DNA from: Emergencia sp.
Lineage (GTDB): Bacteria; Bacillota; Clostridia; Peptostreptococcales; Anaerovoracaceae
Assembly (NCBI GenBank): GCA_036305845.1
Contig: JAXKAR010000015.1
Location: forward strand, 9,674-33,673
Direction: 5' to 3'
DNA: 24,000 nucleotides
Part shown: positions 1 to 7,640 of the stretch, piece after piece
Position numbering within the stretch: position 1 is the first letter of the stretch
How the letters are laid out: every line of letters begins with the position of its first letter
Program-made: the position numbers and the translations under genes
The notes under the pieces: generated by a model
What the model was told of the DNA's origin: nothing
Seen by the model: the letters and a program-made list of their open reading frames with translations, nothing else
The model's database searches: none

Positions 1-4
1 TCAG

Positions 5-343
5 ATGATTTTACCATCGCATCATAGTGACAACACCAAGGTGCAGACAAGTAGGACTGTCAATAAGTATGATGACCCTATAGCCTTTTATATGGACAAG
101 GAAAAAAAGAAGCTGCAGGAAATTGATGAGTGCATGGAGAAACGGGATGCGATTATAAAGGTTATAGAGTGCCTACAGAACCCTATGGAATATGATGTGA
201 TATTTATGCTCTATGTGTTAGGGCAAGGCGGTCAAACGGTTGCTCAGAGCCTTGACAGGTCATATTCATGGGTTACAAGTACACACAAGACCGCATTGCA
301 ACATATACAGGCAATATTAGATAGTAACAACGAGGATAAATAG
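5..343 (+). CDS. Small sigma-70 region-4-like / DUF1492-like HTH protein (phage- or ICE-associated transcription factor)
   Basis: 112-aa ORF. The C-terminal stretch 'YDVIFMLYVLGQGGQTVAQSLDRSYSWVTSTHKTALQHIQ' fits the region-4 HTH pattern (hydrophobic..YS..V...H..AL) of phage late-gene sigma-like regulators. The ATG at 5 overlaps a TGA at 6-8 (ATGA), which suggests coupling to an upstream gene outside the window. The surrounding DNA is AT-rich. Confidence 0.5.
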   Translation: MILPSHHSDNTKVQTSRTVNKYDDPIAFYMDKEKKKLQEIDECMEKRDAIIKVIECLQNPMEYDVIFMLYVLGQGGQTVAQSLDRSYSWVTSTHKTALQHIQAILDSNNEDK

Positions 344-368
344 TATAAGCCTATGGGAAAATATTAAG

Positions 369-494
369 ATGGTTGGAATACCTGTAATAGAAAGGCTTGA
401 ATGGCTCGAAGAACAGGCGTATAATCTAATGCAGAGTGGTGGAACTATTGAAGAATATCAGGAAATCAATGAATTGATTGATATGTTAAGATAG
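369..494 (+). CDS. Hypothetical 41-aa protein (MVGIPVIERLEWLEEQAYNLMQSGGTIEEYQEINELIDMLR)
   Basis: I translated this by hand; it is below the ORF-track length cut-off. It is tightly packed between the flanking small + strand ORFs and is helical and acidic, as small phage proteins often are. The ribosome-binding site is weak. Confidence 0.3.
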   Translation: MVGIPVIERLEWLEEQAYNLMQSGGTIEEYQEINELIDMLR

Positions 495-497
495 GAT

Positions 498-698
498 GTG
501 ATGGATTTGGATGCACAAAAGATAGTTGAAAGAATAAGGAAAAAGGAAGAACTGGATGATGAATGGTTTGAAATATATGATGAAATCGTGCAGTTTCTGA
601 AGGAAGACCACCCTGAAGAAGAAAAGAAGGTGTTCAGACCTTTGGGGTATTTGGAAATGGTCAGCATGATGTGTGATGGCATTGAACAAAAGGAATAG
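498..698 (+). CDS. Hypothetical small acidic protein (start GTG 498 or ATG 501)
   Basis: 66-aa ORF that begins 3 nt after the previous stop and is followed directly by a rho-independent terminator. I recognise no motif. Confidence 0.4.
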   Translation: MMDLDAQKIVERIRKKEELDDEWFEIYDEIVQFLKEDHPEEEKKVFRPLGYLEMVSMMCDGIEQKE

Positions 699-699
699 A

Positions 700-735
700 A
701 AGCACTTTGCAGAGTAAATGCAGGGTGCTTTTTTC
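700..735 (+). terminator. Rho-independent terminator of the small-gene cluster
   Basis: 11-bp stem aagcactttgc / gcagggtgctt with two G-U pairs, a 9-nt loop and a T6 run at 729-734. Confidence 0.7.
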
Positions 736-762
736 GTGTGAAAATACGTGCGATTTCACACG
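735..762. repeat. Perfect 9-bp inverted repeat cgtgtgaaa-N10-tttcacacg
   Basis: Read directly from the sequence, immediately after the terminator. It could be a second hairpin or a protein-binding site. Confidence 0.5.
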
Positions 763-845
763 AAAATTTATATCTTGGAACAGCTAATGCATAACTTTAG
801 TGTTAAAATAGTGTTAATTTTTTAGTTTTTTCTTAAAAATGAGCA

Positions 846-882
846 AAAGAAAACCGCTGAAATCGTTGAAAATCAGCGGTTT
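846..882 (-). terminator. Rho-independent terminator downstream of the tRNA (partly bidirectional)
   Basis: Stem accgctga (853-860) / tcagcggt (873-880) with a 12-nt loop. On the minus strand the hairpin is followed by TTTCTTTTG. Confidence 0.75.
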
Positions 883-959
883 TGGTGCGCCATGAGGGAC
901 TCGAACCCCCAACCTTCGCATTCGTAGTGCGCGACTCTATCCAATTGAGCTAATAGCGC
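883..959 (-). tRNA. tRNA-Arg (anticodon ACG), CCA encoded
   Basis: I folded the reverse complement by hand: GCGCTAT-TA-GCTC-AATTGGATA-GAGT-C-GCGCA-CTACGAA-TGCGA-AGGTT-GGGGG-TTCGAGT-CCCTC-ATGGCGC-A-CCA. The acceptor stem has 7 bp with one G-U pair. The T-loop is TTCGAGT, the anticodon loop is CT-ACG-AA, and the length is 77 nt. Confidence 0.9.
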
Positions 960-983
960 CTGTACTGTTTTACGTACTGCATT

Positions 984-1012
984 ATTATATAAAATTTTAT
1001 TGCGTTTGTCAA
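984..1012 (-). promoter_or_regulatory. Consensus sigma-A promoter for the tRNA
   Basis: On the minus strand the sequence reads TTGACA (1012-1007), a 17-nt spacer, then TATAAT (989-984). It lies about 25 nt upstream of the mature tRNA 5' end. Confidence 0.75.
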
Positions 1013-1183
1013 TAAATATATCTCAATGAGTTGTAAAAAAGAATAATCACTGAAGTGAAAAGAATAATCTTGGTGTAGCCGGAAAAAGCAGAATCGGATT
1101 TCCCCTTCAATTATAGCTGGAATTTTCTATACTTTATCACGACGCTGTAAGGAAATCGTCAGCTTTAATTCATGCAAACTTTA

Positions 1184-1212
1184 TTGAAAAGAGTCGAAAA
1201 AAATGTTAAAAT
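1184..1212 (+). promoter_or_regulatory. Candidate sigma-A promoter of the LCP gene
   Basis: TTGAAA (1184-1189), a 17-nt spacer, then TAAAAT (1207-1212). An extended -10 TG sits at 1204-1205. Confidence 0.55.
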
Positions 1213-1245
1213 AAATAAAATTATTTTGCGAAGGGGAACCGGGAA

Positions 1246-2505
1246 GTGAGAAGCAAGAAAAACAAAATAACCCAGGATTTTGATGGGATGAAATACAGTC
1301 CGGAGCTGATTCGGCAGTTATCTGACCCGGAGTATGCCAGAGAGGAAGAACGCTATGCCAGGCAGGCGCAGAGGCGGAAGAACAGTCGGTCAAACGCCTA
1401 TTATGACAGCGATCCGCAAGGTGTACAGACCGTTGGACGGCGTCAAAAACGAAAAGGCAAGGGCTCCGGTTCAGGCAAGAAGAAGTATAGATGGAGACCG
1501 GGAAAGTTGATTCGCAACCTGTTGATTTTATTGCTCATTGTTGCTATAGCGGGAACGGGCGTCTTTTACAGTCTCACCGGTAGCTTTGACAAGATCGATA
1601 CGGATCGGGATGGACTTGCGATTGATACCCAGGTGGCGGATGATTTGAGTGGGTACAGAAATATCGCAATATTGGGTGTAGATGCCCGTGCAGATGAGGG
1701 CTATGACGGCAGTCGAACTGATGCGATTATTATTTTGAGTATCAAAAAATCTAACGGTGAGATTAGAATGATTTCAGTGATGAGAGACTCATATTTGAAG
1801 ATGGATGACGGCAGTGGCAATCTGATTTTGGACAAGATTACCCATGCCCATGCTTTTGGCGGGGGAGAAAATACCATTCAGGCTCTTAACCGAAGCTTGG
1901 ATTTGAATATCGAGGAGTTTGTTATCTTTAACTGGAAGGCAGTAGCTGATGCGGTAGACTGCTTGGGCGGTATTGAGGTTGACGTAAAGGAAAGTGAGAT
2001 TAGCGATCTGAATACATGGGGACCGGAAACCGGGGACAATGTAGGTCGTCCATATACCGAAATTACGGAGACAGGCAAACAGACCTTGGATGGGGTACAG
2101 GCCACAACCTACTGCAGAATCAGAAAGAACAGCGGTGGTGATGCAGGACGAACCCAGAGATACAAGAAGGTTATGGCTGCCATGATGAAAAAGGCTATTT
2201 CTCAGCCTTGGAAATTGAGCAAACTTTCTGATGAAGTCTTTCCGAATATCAGAACAAACATGAGCCAGACAGAAATGTATACTGCAGCTATTCGCGCACC
2301 TTTCTACAATTTGGGTAAGAATGTGAGCTGGCCTGAAGACTATTATGCAGGGCTCTTAGGAGATATTTCCTATGTAGTACCGATTACCCTGGAAACCGAG
2401 GTCAAAAAACTGCACAAGGAAGCCTTTGATCAGGATAATTATACACCTTCTCTGACTTGCCAACAGATCAACGAAGAAATCATGTACAGCACAGGTATTT
2501 ATTAA
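1246..2505 (+). CDS. LytR-CpsA-Psr (LCP) family cell-envelope phosphotransferase
   Basis: The LCP core 'ILGVDARADEGYDGSRTDAIIILSIKKSNGEIRMISVMRDSYL' is present. A long basic cytoplasmic tail is followed by a single TM helix (LIRNLLILLLIVAIAGTGVFYSL). The start is GTG with GGGGA upstream; ATG 1285 is an alternative start. Confidence 0.9.
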   Translation: MRSKKNKITQDFDGMKYSPELIRQLSDPEYAREEERYARQAQRRKNSRSNAYYDSDPQGVQTVGRRQKRKGKGSGSGKKKYRWRPGKLIRNLLILLLIVAIAGTGVFYSLTGSFDKIDTDRDGLAIDTQVADDLSGYRNIAILGVDARADEGYDGSRTDAIIILSIKKSNGEIRMISVMRDSYLKMDDGSGNLILDKITHAHAFGGGENTIQALNRSLDLNIEEFVIFNWKAVADAVDCLGGIEVDVKESEISDLNTWGPETGDNVGRPYTEITETGKQTLDGVQATTYCRIRKNSGGDAGRTQRYKKVMAAMMKKAISQPWKLSKLSDEVFPNIRTNMSQTEMYTAAIRAPFYNLGKNVSWPEDYYAGLLGDISYVVPITLETEVKKLHKEAFDQDNYTPSLTCQQINEEIMYSTGIY

Positions 2506-2532
2506 GTAAAAACTGGAAACGCATAAACTATG

Positions 2533-2579
2533 ATGGACAGATTACCCAATCAGACGGTAATTTGTCCATTTTTATTTTT
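2533..2579 (+). terminator. Rho-independent terminator after the LCP gene
   Basis: 14-bp stem atggacagattacc / ggtaatttgtccat with one G-U pair and a 9-nt loop, followed by TTTTATTTTT. Confidence 0.85.
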
Positions 2580-2615
2580 GAGGGAGAAGCATCCATTTCG
2601 CACATTTTCACGCGT

Positions 2616-2654
2616 TAAAGCGCTTTAGTGCCTAACAGTGTGAAAGCGTTGAAA
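2616..2654. promoter_or_regulatory. Two cre-like (CcpA-type) elements upstream of the PFOR operon
   Basis: A perfect 12-bp palindrome TAAAGCGCTTTA lies at 2616-2627. TGAAAGCGTTGAAA at 2641-2654 has one mismatch to the cre consensus TGWAANCGNTNWCA. Confidence 0.35.
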
Positions 2655-2713
2655 ATTCAAGATTTTATACTTTTGGATGAGAATGTACACCAAAAAAAAC
2701 ATTGAATTTTCAA
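2649..2713. promoter_or_regulatory. Pair of TTGAA-WW-TTCAA palindromes (candidate operator pair)
   Basis: TTGAAAATTCAA at 2649-2660 and TTGAATTTTCAA at 2702-2713. Their centres are 53 bp apart and they lie just upstream of the predicted -35. Confidence 0.4.
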
Positions 2714-2733
2714 CGAAAATCGCGCATTGGATA

Positions 2734-2762
2734 TTGACTTTGAATAGTCATGGGAGTAAGAT
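2734..2762 (+). promoter_or_regulatory. Candidate sigma-A promoter of the polyferredoxin-PFOR-nfnAB operon
   Basis: TTGACT (2734-2739), a 17-nt spacer, then TAAGAT (2757-2762). A strong ribosome-binding site AAAGGAGG at 2812-2819 precedes ATG 2829. Confidence 0.5.
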
Positions 2763-2828
2763 AAAATTGAAGTTGTATACAGAATATTTGAATAAAATCA
2801 AGTATATAAGGCAAAGGAGGAATTAGTT

Positions 2829-4091
2829 ATGAATGCAAAAATTCTTTCGCTTCTGCCAGGCGGAGATTGTTTCGGATGCGGGGGCTGTGGTAAAGCAACC
2901 TGTGCGGAATGTGCTGAAGCAATCGTAGCCGGCGAAAGTGTTGCACTCTGTCCTGCCTGCAATCAGGCGGATGTGGATGCAATCGCAGAGGCATTAGGAA
3001 GAACGACAGAAGAAGCAAAGGACCAGATCGCTTTTGTGGCCTGCAGCGGAAATGCAGCAGGGAAAGCCAGATTTGCCGGATGCAAATCCTGTGAGGAAGC
3101 CGTTGAAATGGGCTTTGTCAAAGGGGAATGTAAGGATGGCTGCGTAGGCTGCGGTTCCTGTGTCGCTTTCTGTAAGTTTGATGCAATGAAAGTGGTTGAC
3201 GGCGATGTGATCATCGATGCAGAAAAGTGCAACGGCTGTGGTGCATGTGCAGCGGCAGAAGCCTGTGTACAGGGTATCATCAAGATGGTGCCTCGTGATG
3301 CAACCAACTTCATCCCATGTTCCAATACAATGGAAGATGACGAAGAAGTCAGAAAGACTTGCGGTTTCGGCTGTATCGCCTGCAGTGACTGTGTAAGAGC
3401 CTGTCCGGAGGGTGCAGTGGAAATCATTGATAACCACGCTGTTATCGACTATGACAAGTGTGTGGGATGCGTTGCATGTACAGTAAAGTGCAAGAAGAAA
3501 ATTATTGTAGATACTATGCACGACCTGACCAAGCTGAAGGAAAAGGTCGCCTTTGTCAAATGTAGCGGAAGCAACGAATTCGCATATAAAGAAGCTGGAT
3601 TTGCAAGCTGTGCGGAAGCTGCTGCAAAAGCTGATCCGAAAGCAATGGGAATCTGTACTACAGGCTGTGCAGGTCAGGGAGACTGTGTAAAGGCTTGCCG
3701 CTACGGTGCTATCGAAGTCGTAAACGGAAGCGCACAGGTAGATCCTGATAAGTGCGTAGGATGTAAGGACTGCTACTACGCATGTCCAAAGAACCTGATC
3801 GAAATGGTTCCTTACAAAGGTGCAAAGATGGTTCCATGCAGTTCTACAGCAGATTATGAAGATAAGGCTGCCGTATGCGGAAGTGCATGTATTGCCTGCG
3901 AAGACTGCTTTGCAAACTGCCCGAACGGCGCAATACATATGGACGAAGCGCACGCAGTGATTGACCCTGAACTTTGTGAAAACTGTCAGGTTTGCCAATA
4001 TATGTGCCAGAGAGGCGTAATTAAGGAAAGAGAAGTTCCTGAATATAACTACTTGCAGAGAGCCGCTCTTGGCATCAGGGAAGGAGAGTGA
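2829..4091 (+). CDS. Soluble RnfB-like polyferredoxin (N-terminal RnfB-type Fe-S domain plus four 2x[4Fe-4S]-type modules)
   Basis: The N-terminus 'LPGGDCFGCGGCGKATCAECAEAI..CPAC' matches the RnfB N-terminal Fe-S domain, but there is no preceding TM helix. It is followed by repeated CxxCxxCxxxC(P) motifs, for example CIACSDCVRACP, CVGCKDCYYACP and CIACEDCFANCP. The 420 aa include 51 Cys by my count from the ORF-track translation. Confidence 0.85.
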   Translation: MNAKILSLLPGGDCFGCGGCGKATCAECAEAIVAGESVALCPACNQADVDAIAEALGRTTEEAKDQIAFVACSGNAAGKARFAGCKSCEEAVEMGFVKGECKDGCVGCGSCVAFCKFDAMKVVDGDVIIDAEKCNGCGACAAAEACVQGIIKMVPRDATNFIPCSNTMEDDEEVRKTCGFGCIACSDCVRACPEGAVEIIDNHAVIDYDKCVGCVACTVKCKKKIIVDTMHDLTKLKEKVAFVKCSGSNEFAYKEAGFASCAEAAAKADPKAMGICTTGCAGQGDCVKACRYGAIEVVNGSAQVDPDKCVGCKDCYYACPKNLIEMVPYKGAKMVPCSSTADYEDKAAVCGSACIACEDCFANCPNGAIHMDEAHAVIDPELCENCQVCQYMCQRGVIKEREVPEYNYLQRAALGIREGE

Positions 4092-4096
4092 TTACG

Positions 4097-7000
4097 GTGA
4101 GAAAATTAAAGACAATGGACGGAAACACGGCTGCAGCTCATGTTGCATACGCATTCTCTGAGGTTGCCGCTATTTACCCAATCACCCCATCCTCACCAAT
4201 GGCAGAGAGTATGGACGAATGGGTGTCCCAGGATAGAACCAATATTTTTGGAGAAAAAGTTAAAATCGTAGAAATGGAATCTGAAGCAGGTGCTGCAGGT
4301 GCTGTACACGGCTCTATTACAGCCGGTTCTTACACCTCCACTTTTACCGCTTCTCAGGGACTTCTCCTGATGATTCCAAACATGTATAAATTAGCAGGTG
4401 AACAGACGCCTACAGTATTCCATGTAGCAGCAAGAGCCCTGGCTACTCATGCGCTTTCCATTTTCGGTGACCATTCCGACGTTATGGGATGCCGTCAGAC
4501 AGGCTTTGCTATGTTAGCGTCTAACAGCGTGCAGCAGTCTATGGACCTTGCGGCAGTAGCTCACCTTGCTACAATCGCAGGCAAGCTGCCTATGCTTCAT
4601 TTCTTCGATGGTTTCAGAACTTCCCACGAAAATCAGAAGATTGAAATCTGGGATTATGAAGACCTGAAAGAAATGGTAGACTGGGATGCAGTAAAGGCAT
4701 TCAAGGCTCGCTCCATCCATCCAATGCATCCACATAGCATGGGTTCTGCAGAGCAGCCTGAGACCTTCTTCCAGCATAGAGAAGCATGCAACAGCGCGTA
4801 TCTGGAGACTGCTGATCTGGTTAACGAATACATGGAAAAGGTTAACGCGAAAATCGGCACAGACTACAAGCCGTTCAACTACTATGGCGCACCTGATGCA
4901 ACAGAAGTGATCGTAGCTATGGGTTCCGTTTGCGACGCAGCAGAGGAACTGGTAGATTACCTGACAGCACAGGGCAAGAAGGTAGGTATCATCGAAGTAC
5001 ATCTTTACAGACCGTTCTCCGTAAAATACCTGCTGAATGTTATGCCTGATACCGTAAAGAAGATTGCTGTTCTCGACAGAACAAAAGAACCGGGCGGTCT
5101 GGGAGAACCTTTATTCCTGGACGTTGTTGCTGCACTGCGCGGCACCAAGTTCGAAAACTGTCTGGTTGTAGGCGGTCGTTACGGACTGGGCTCCAAAGAT
5201 ACTCAGCCGGGAGATATCCTTGCTGTATATCAGAACCTGTGGGCAGACGAACCAAAGAAAGAATTCACCATTTCCATCACGGACGATGTAACCGGTCTGT
5301 CCCTGCCAACAATAGAAAATCCTGATGTTGCTCCTGCAGGCACTAAGGCTTGTAAGTTCTGGGGTCTGGGCGCTGACGGTACAGTTGGTGCAAATAAGAA
5401 CAGCGTAAAGATTATTGGTGACCACACAGATAAGAAGGTTCAGGCGTACTTCCAGTATGACTCCAAGAAATCCGGCGGTGTAACCATTTCCCACCTGAGA
5501 TTTGGAGACGAACCAATCAAGTCTACCTATTATGTAAAACAGGCTGACTTTGTTGCCTGCCATAACTCTGCTTATCTGCAGCGTTACGATATGGTAGAAG
5601 ACGTAAAACCGGGCGGATTCTTCCTGCTGAACTGTGTATGGAGCGACGAAGAATTAGAGGAACATCTTCCTGCAAAGGTTAAGAGATATATTGCAAAGAA
5701 CAATGTACAGTTCTATACCTGCGATGCGGTTTCCATTGCTAAGGAAATCGGTCTGGGCGCAAGAAGAACAAACTCCGTTCTTCAGGCTGCATTCTTTAAA
5801 CTTGCCGACATTATTCCAATCGATGAAGCAGTCGGCTACATGAAGGACGCAATCAAGAAGACTTACGGCAAAAAGGGTGAAGCCATCGTTAATATGAACC
5901 TGGCTGCCGTTGACGCCGGCGTAGCAAATGTACATAAGGTAGATGTACCTGCCGCATGGGCTGACGCACCGGATGATGCACCAGCGCCTAAGATGGTAGG
6001 TCGTGATCAGGTGCATACAGATTATCTGAATAACATTCTGCATCCGACAAATACCTTAACGGGTGATGCAGTTCCGGTTTCTATTTTCCAGGATACTGCC
6101 AACGGTATGATTCCGGCTGGTACAGCTGCTTACGAAAAGAGAGGTATCGCAACAGACATCCCTGTTTGGAATAAAGACAACTGTATGCAGTGTAACTGGT
6201 GTTCCTACGTCTGTCCGCACGGTGTAATCAGACCGTTTGTTATGGATGAAACAGAAGTTTCCGGCGTAAACGGCGATTACCTGAAGATGAAGGGCGTTAA
6301 GGGCAAATTCTTCACTCTGGGCATTTCTGCTCTGGACTGCACAGGCTGCGGCTCTTGCGCACAGGTTTGCCCGGCAAGAAAGAAAGCACTGGAAATCGTT
6401 CCGGCAGAAAACGATGTGGTTCTTCCTGCACAGGAAAAATACGATTACTTATTCGCAAATGTGAACGAAAAAGAAGTTCCATTCAAGGCAAATACAGTCA
6501 AAGGCTCCCAGTTCAAGCAGCCTCTGCTTGAGTTCTCCGGCGCTTGTCCGGGATGTGGAGAGTCTCCATATGCAAAACTGGTTACGCAGCTCTTTGGCGA
6601 AAGAATGTTTATCGCCAATGCAACAGGATGCTCCTCCATTTGGGGCTGTTCCGCACCGAGCACACCTTATACAGTAAACAAAGAAGGCAGAGGTCCGGCT
6701 TGGGCTAACTCCCTCTTCGAAGATAACGCTGAATTTGGTTTGGGTATGGCAATTTCCATGCAGGCAAGAAGAGCTGAACTGAAATCCGCAGTTGAAAGAG
6801 TTGCAGATACAGTAGGTGTTCCGGCAAAGGCATGGTTGGCTTCCATGGATGATGCAGAAGCAGCAGAAGAAACCGGCAAGATTTTGGCAGATGCCTGCGA
6901 AAAGATTGCGGATCAGAATGCTGATGCAAAATATGTAGTAGAAAACAAAGATATGCTGATTAAACCGTCCATGTGGATCTTTGGCGGTGACGGATGGGCA

Positions 7001-7621
7001 TACGATATCGGTTACGGCGGTCTGGACCACGTACTGGCTTCCGGAGAAAACGTAAACGTTATGGTATTCGATACCGAAGTTTACTCCAATACCGGCGGAC
7101 AGTCATCCAAAGCTACGCCTATCGGTGCAGTCGCTAAGTTTGCGGCTTCCGGTAAGAATGTAAAGAAGAAAGACCTGGCACAGATTGCTATGGCTTACGG
7201 ATATGTATATGTAGCACAGATTGCTATGGGTGCAAATCCTGAGCAGACTCTGAAGGCAATCAGAGAAGCTGAGGCTTATGATGGACCTTCCCTGATTATC
7301 GCATATGCGCCTTGTATCAACCAGGGTCTGAAGGTTGGCATGAACAAGGCCATGTTAGAGATGAAGAACGCAGTTCGCGCCGGTTACTGGAACCTGCTTA
7401 GATTCAATCCTGTTCTGGCAGCAGAAGGTAAGAATCCACTTTCCATCGACAGCGGCGAACCAAGCGAAAATTACAGAGACTTCCTGATGAGCGAAGTTCG
7501 TTACAACTCCCTGCAGCTGAAGTTCCCTGAAAGAGCAGAAGAACTGTTCAGAAAGTCCGAAGAAATGGCTATGGACAGATACGCACATCTGCAGAATCAG
7601 AAGAAGAGCTACGATAATTAG
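4097..7621 (+). CDS. nifJ: Pyruvate:ferredoxin (flavodoxin) oxidoreductase, single-polypeptide type
   Basis: The canonical N-terminus 'KTMDGNTAAAHVAYAFSEVAAIYPITPSS' is present. The internal ferredoxin domain shows CMQCNWCSYVCP and CTGCGSCAQVCP. The TPP motif 'GGDGWAYDIGYGGLDHV' is present. The ORF track starts at GTG 4088, only 1 nt from the GGAGA ribosome-binding site (4082-4086). GTG 4097 gives a 10-nt spacing and an MRKLKTMDGN N-terminus, so I prefer it. Confidence 0.96.
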   Translation: MRKLKTMDGNTAAAHVAYAFSEVAAIYPITPSSPMAESMDEWVSQDRTNIFGEKVKIVEMESEAGAAGAVHGSITAGSYTSTFTASQGLLLMIPNMYKLAGEQTPTVFHVAARALATHALSIFGDHSDVMGCRQTGFAMLASNSVQQSMDLAAVAHLATIAGKLPMLHFFDGFRTSHENQKIEIWDYEDLKEMVDWDAVKAFKARSIHPMHPHSMGSAEQPETFFQHREACNSAYLETADLVNEYMEKVNAKIGTDYKPFNYYGAPDATEVIVAMGSVCDAAEELVDYLTAQGKKVGIIEVHLYRPFSVKYLLNVMPDTVKKIAVLDRTKEPGGLGEPLFLDVVAALRGTKFENCLVVGGRYGLGSKDTQPGDILAVYQNLWADEPKKEFTISITDDVTGLSLPTIENPDVAPAGTKACKFWGLGADGTVGANKNSVKIIGDHTDKKVQAYFQYDSKKSGGVTISHLRFGDEPIKSTYYVKQADFVACHNSAYLQRYDMVEDVKPGGFFLLNCVWSDEELEEHLPAKVKRYIAKNNVQFYTCDAVSIAKEIGLGARRTNSVLQAAFFKLADIIPIDEAVGYMKDAIKKTYGKKGEAIVNMNLAAVDAGVANVHKVDVPAAWADAPDDAPAPKMVGRDQVHTDYLNNILHPTNTLTGDAVPVSIFQDTANGMIPAGTAAYEKRGIATDIPVWNKDNCMQCNWCSYVCPHGVIRPFVMDETEVSGVNGDYLKMKGVKGKFFTLGISALDCTGCGSCAQVCPARKKALEIVPAENDVVLPAQEKYDYLFANVNEKEVPFKANTVKGSQFKQPLLEFSGACPGCGESPYAKLVTQLFGERMFIANATGCSSIWGCSAPSTPYTVNKEGRGPAWANSLFEDNAEFGLGMAISMQARRAELKSAVERVADTVGVPAKAWLASMDDAEAAEETGKILADACEKIADQNADAKYVVENKDMLIKPSMWIFGGDGWAYDIGYGGLDHVLASGENVNVMVFDTEVYSNTGGQSSKATPIGAVAKFAASGKNVKKKDLAQIAMAYGYVYVAQIAMGANPEQTLKAIREAEAYDGPSLIIAYAPCINQGLKVGMNKAMLEMKNAVRAGYWNLLRFNPVLAAEGKNPLSIDSGEPSENYRDFLMSEVRYNSLQLKFPERAEELFRKSEEMAMDRYAHLQNQKKSYDN

Positions 7622-7640
7622 GAAAGGAGGATGAAGAGTA

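Noticed and set aside
2596-2614. Similarity between the reverse complement of 2596-2614 (CGCGTGAAAATGTGCGAAA) and 735-755 (CGTGTGAAAATACGTGCGATT), considered as a shared regulatory motif
   Set aside because: There are only two copies, the alignment needs a 2-nt indel, and the sequence is AT-rich. This is not enough to separate it from chance without genome-wide counts.
2963-3998. Long minus-strand ORFs (154 aa and 334 aa) antisense to the polyferredoxin gene
   Set aside because: They are shadows of a strongly motif-supported + strand gene. They have no ribosome-binding site, and their composition is Cys-, Thr- and Phe-rich and low in complexity, with no recognisable motif.
7176-7189. TGGCAC...TTGC sigma-54-like match inside the PFOR coding region
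   Set aside because: The spacer is 3 nt rather than 5, so the GG/GC geometry is wrong. The site is also intragenic with no downstream target.
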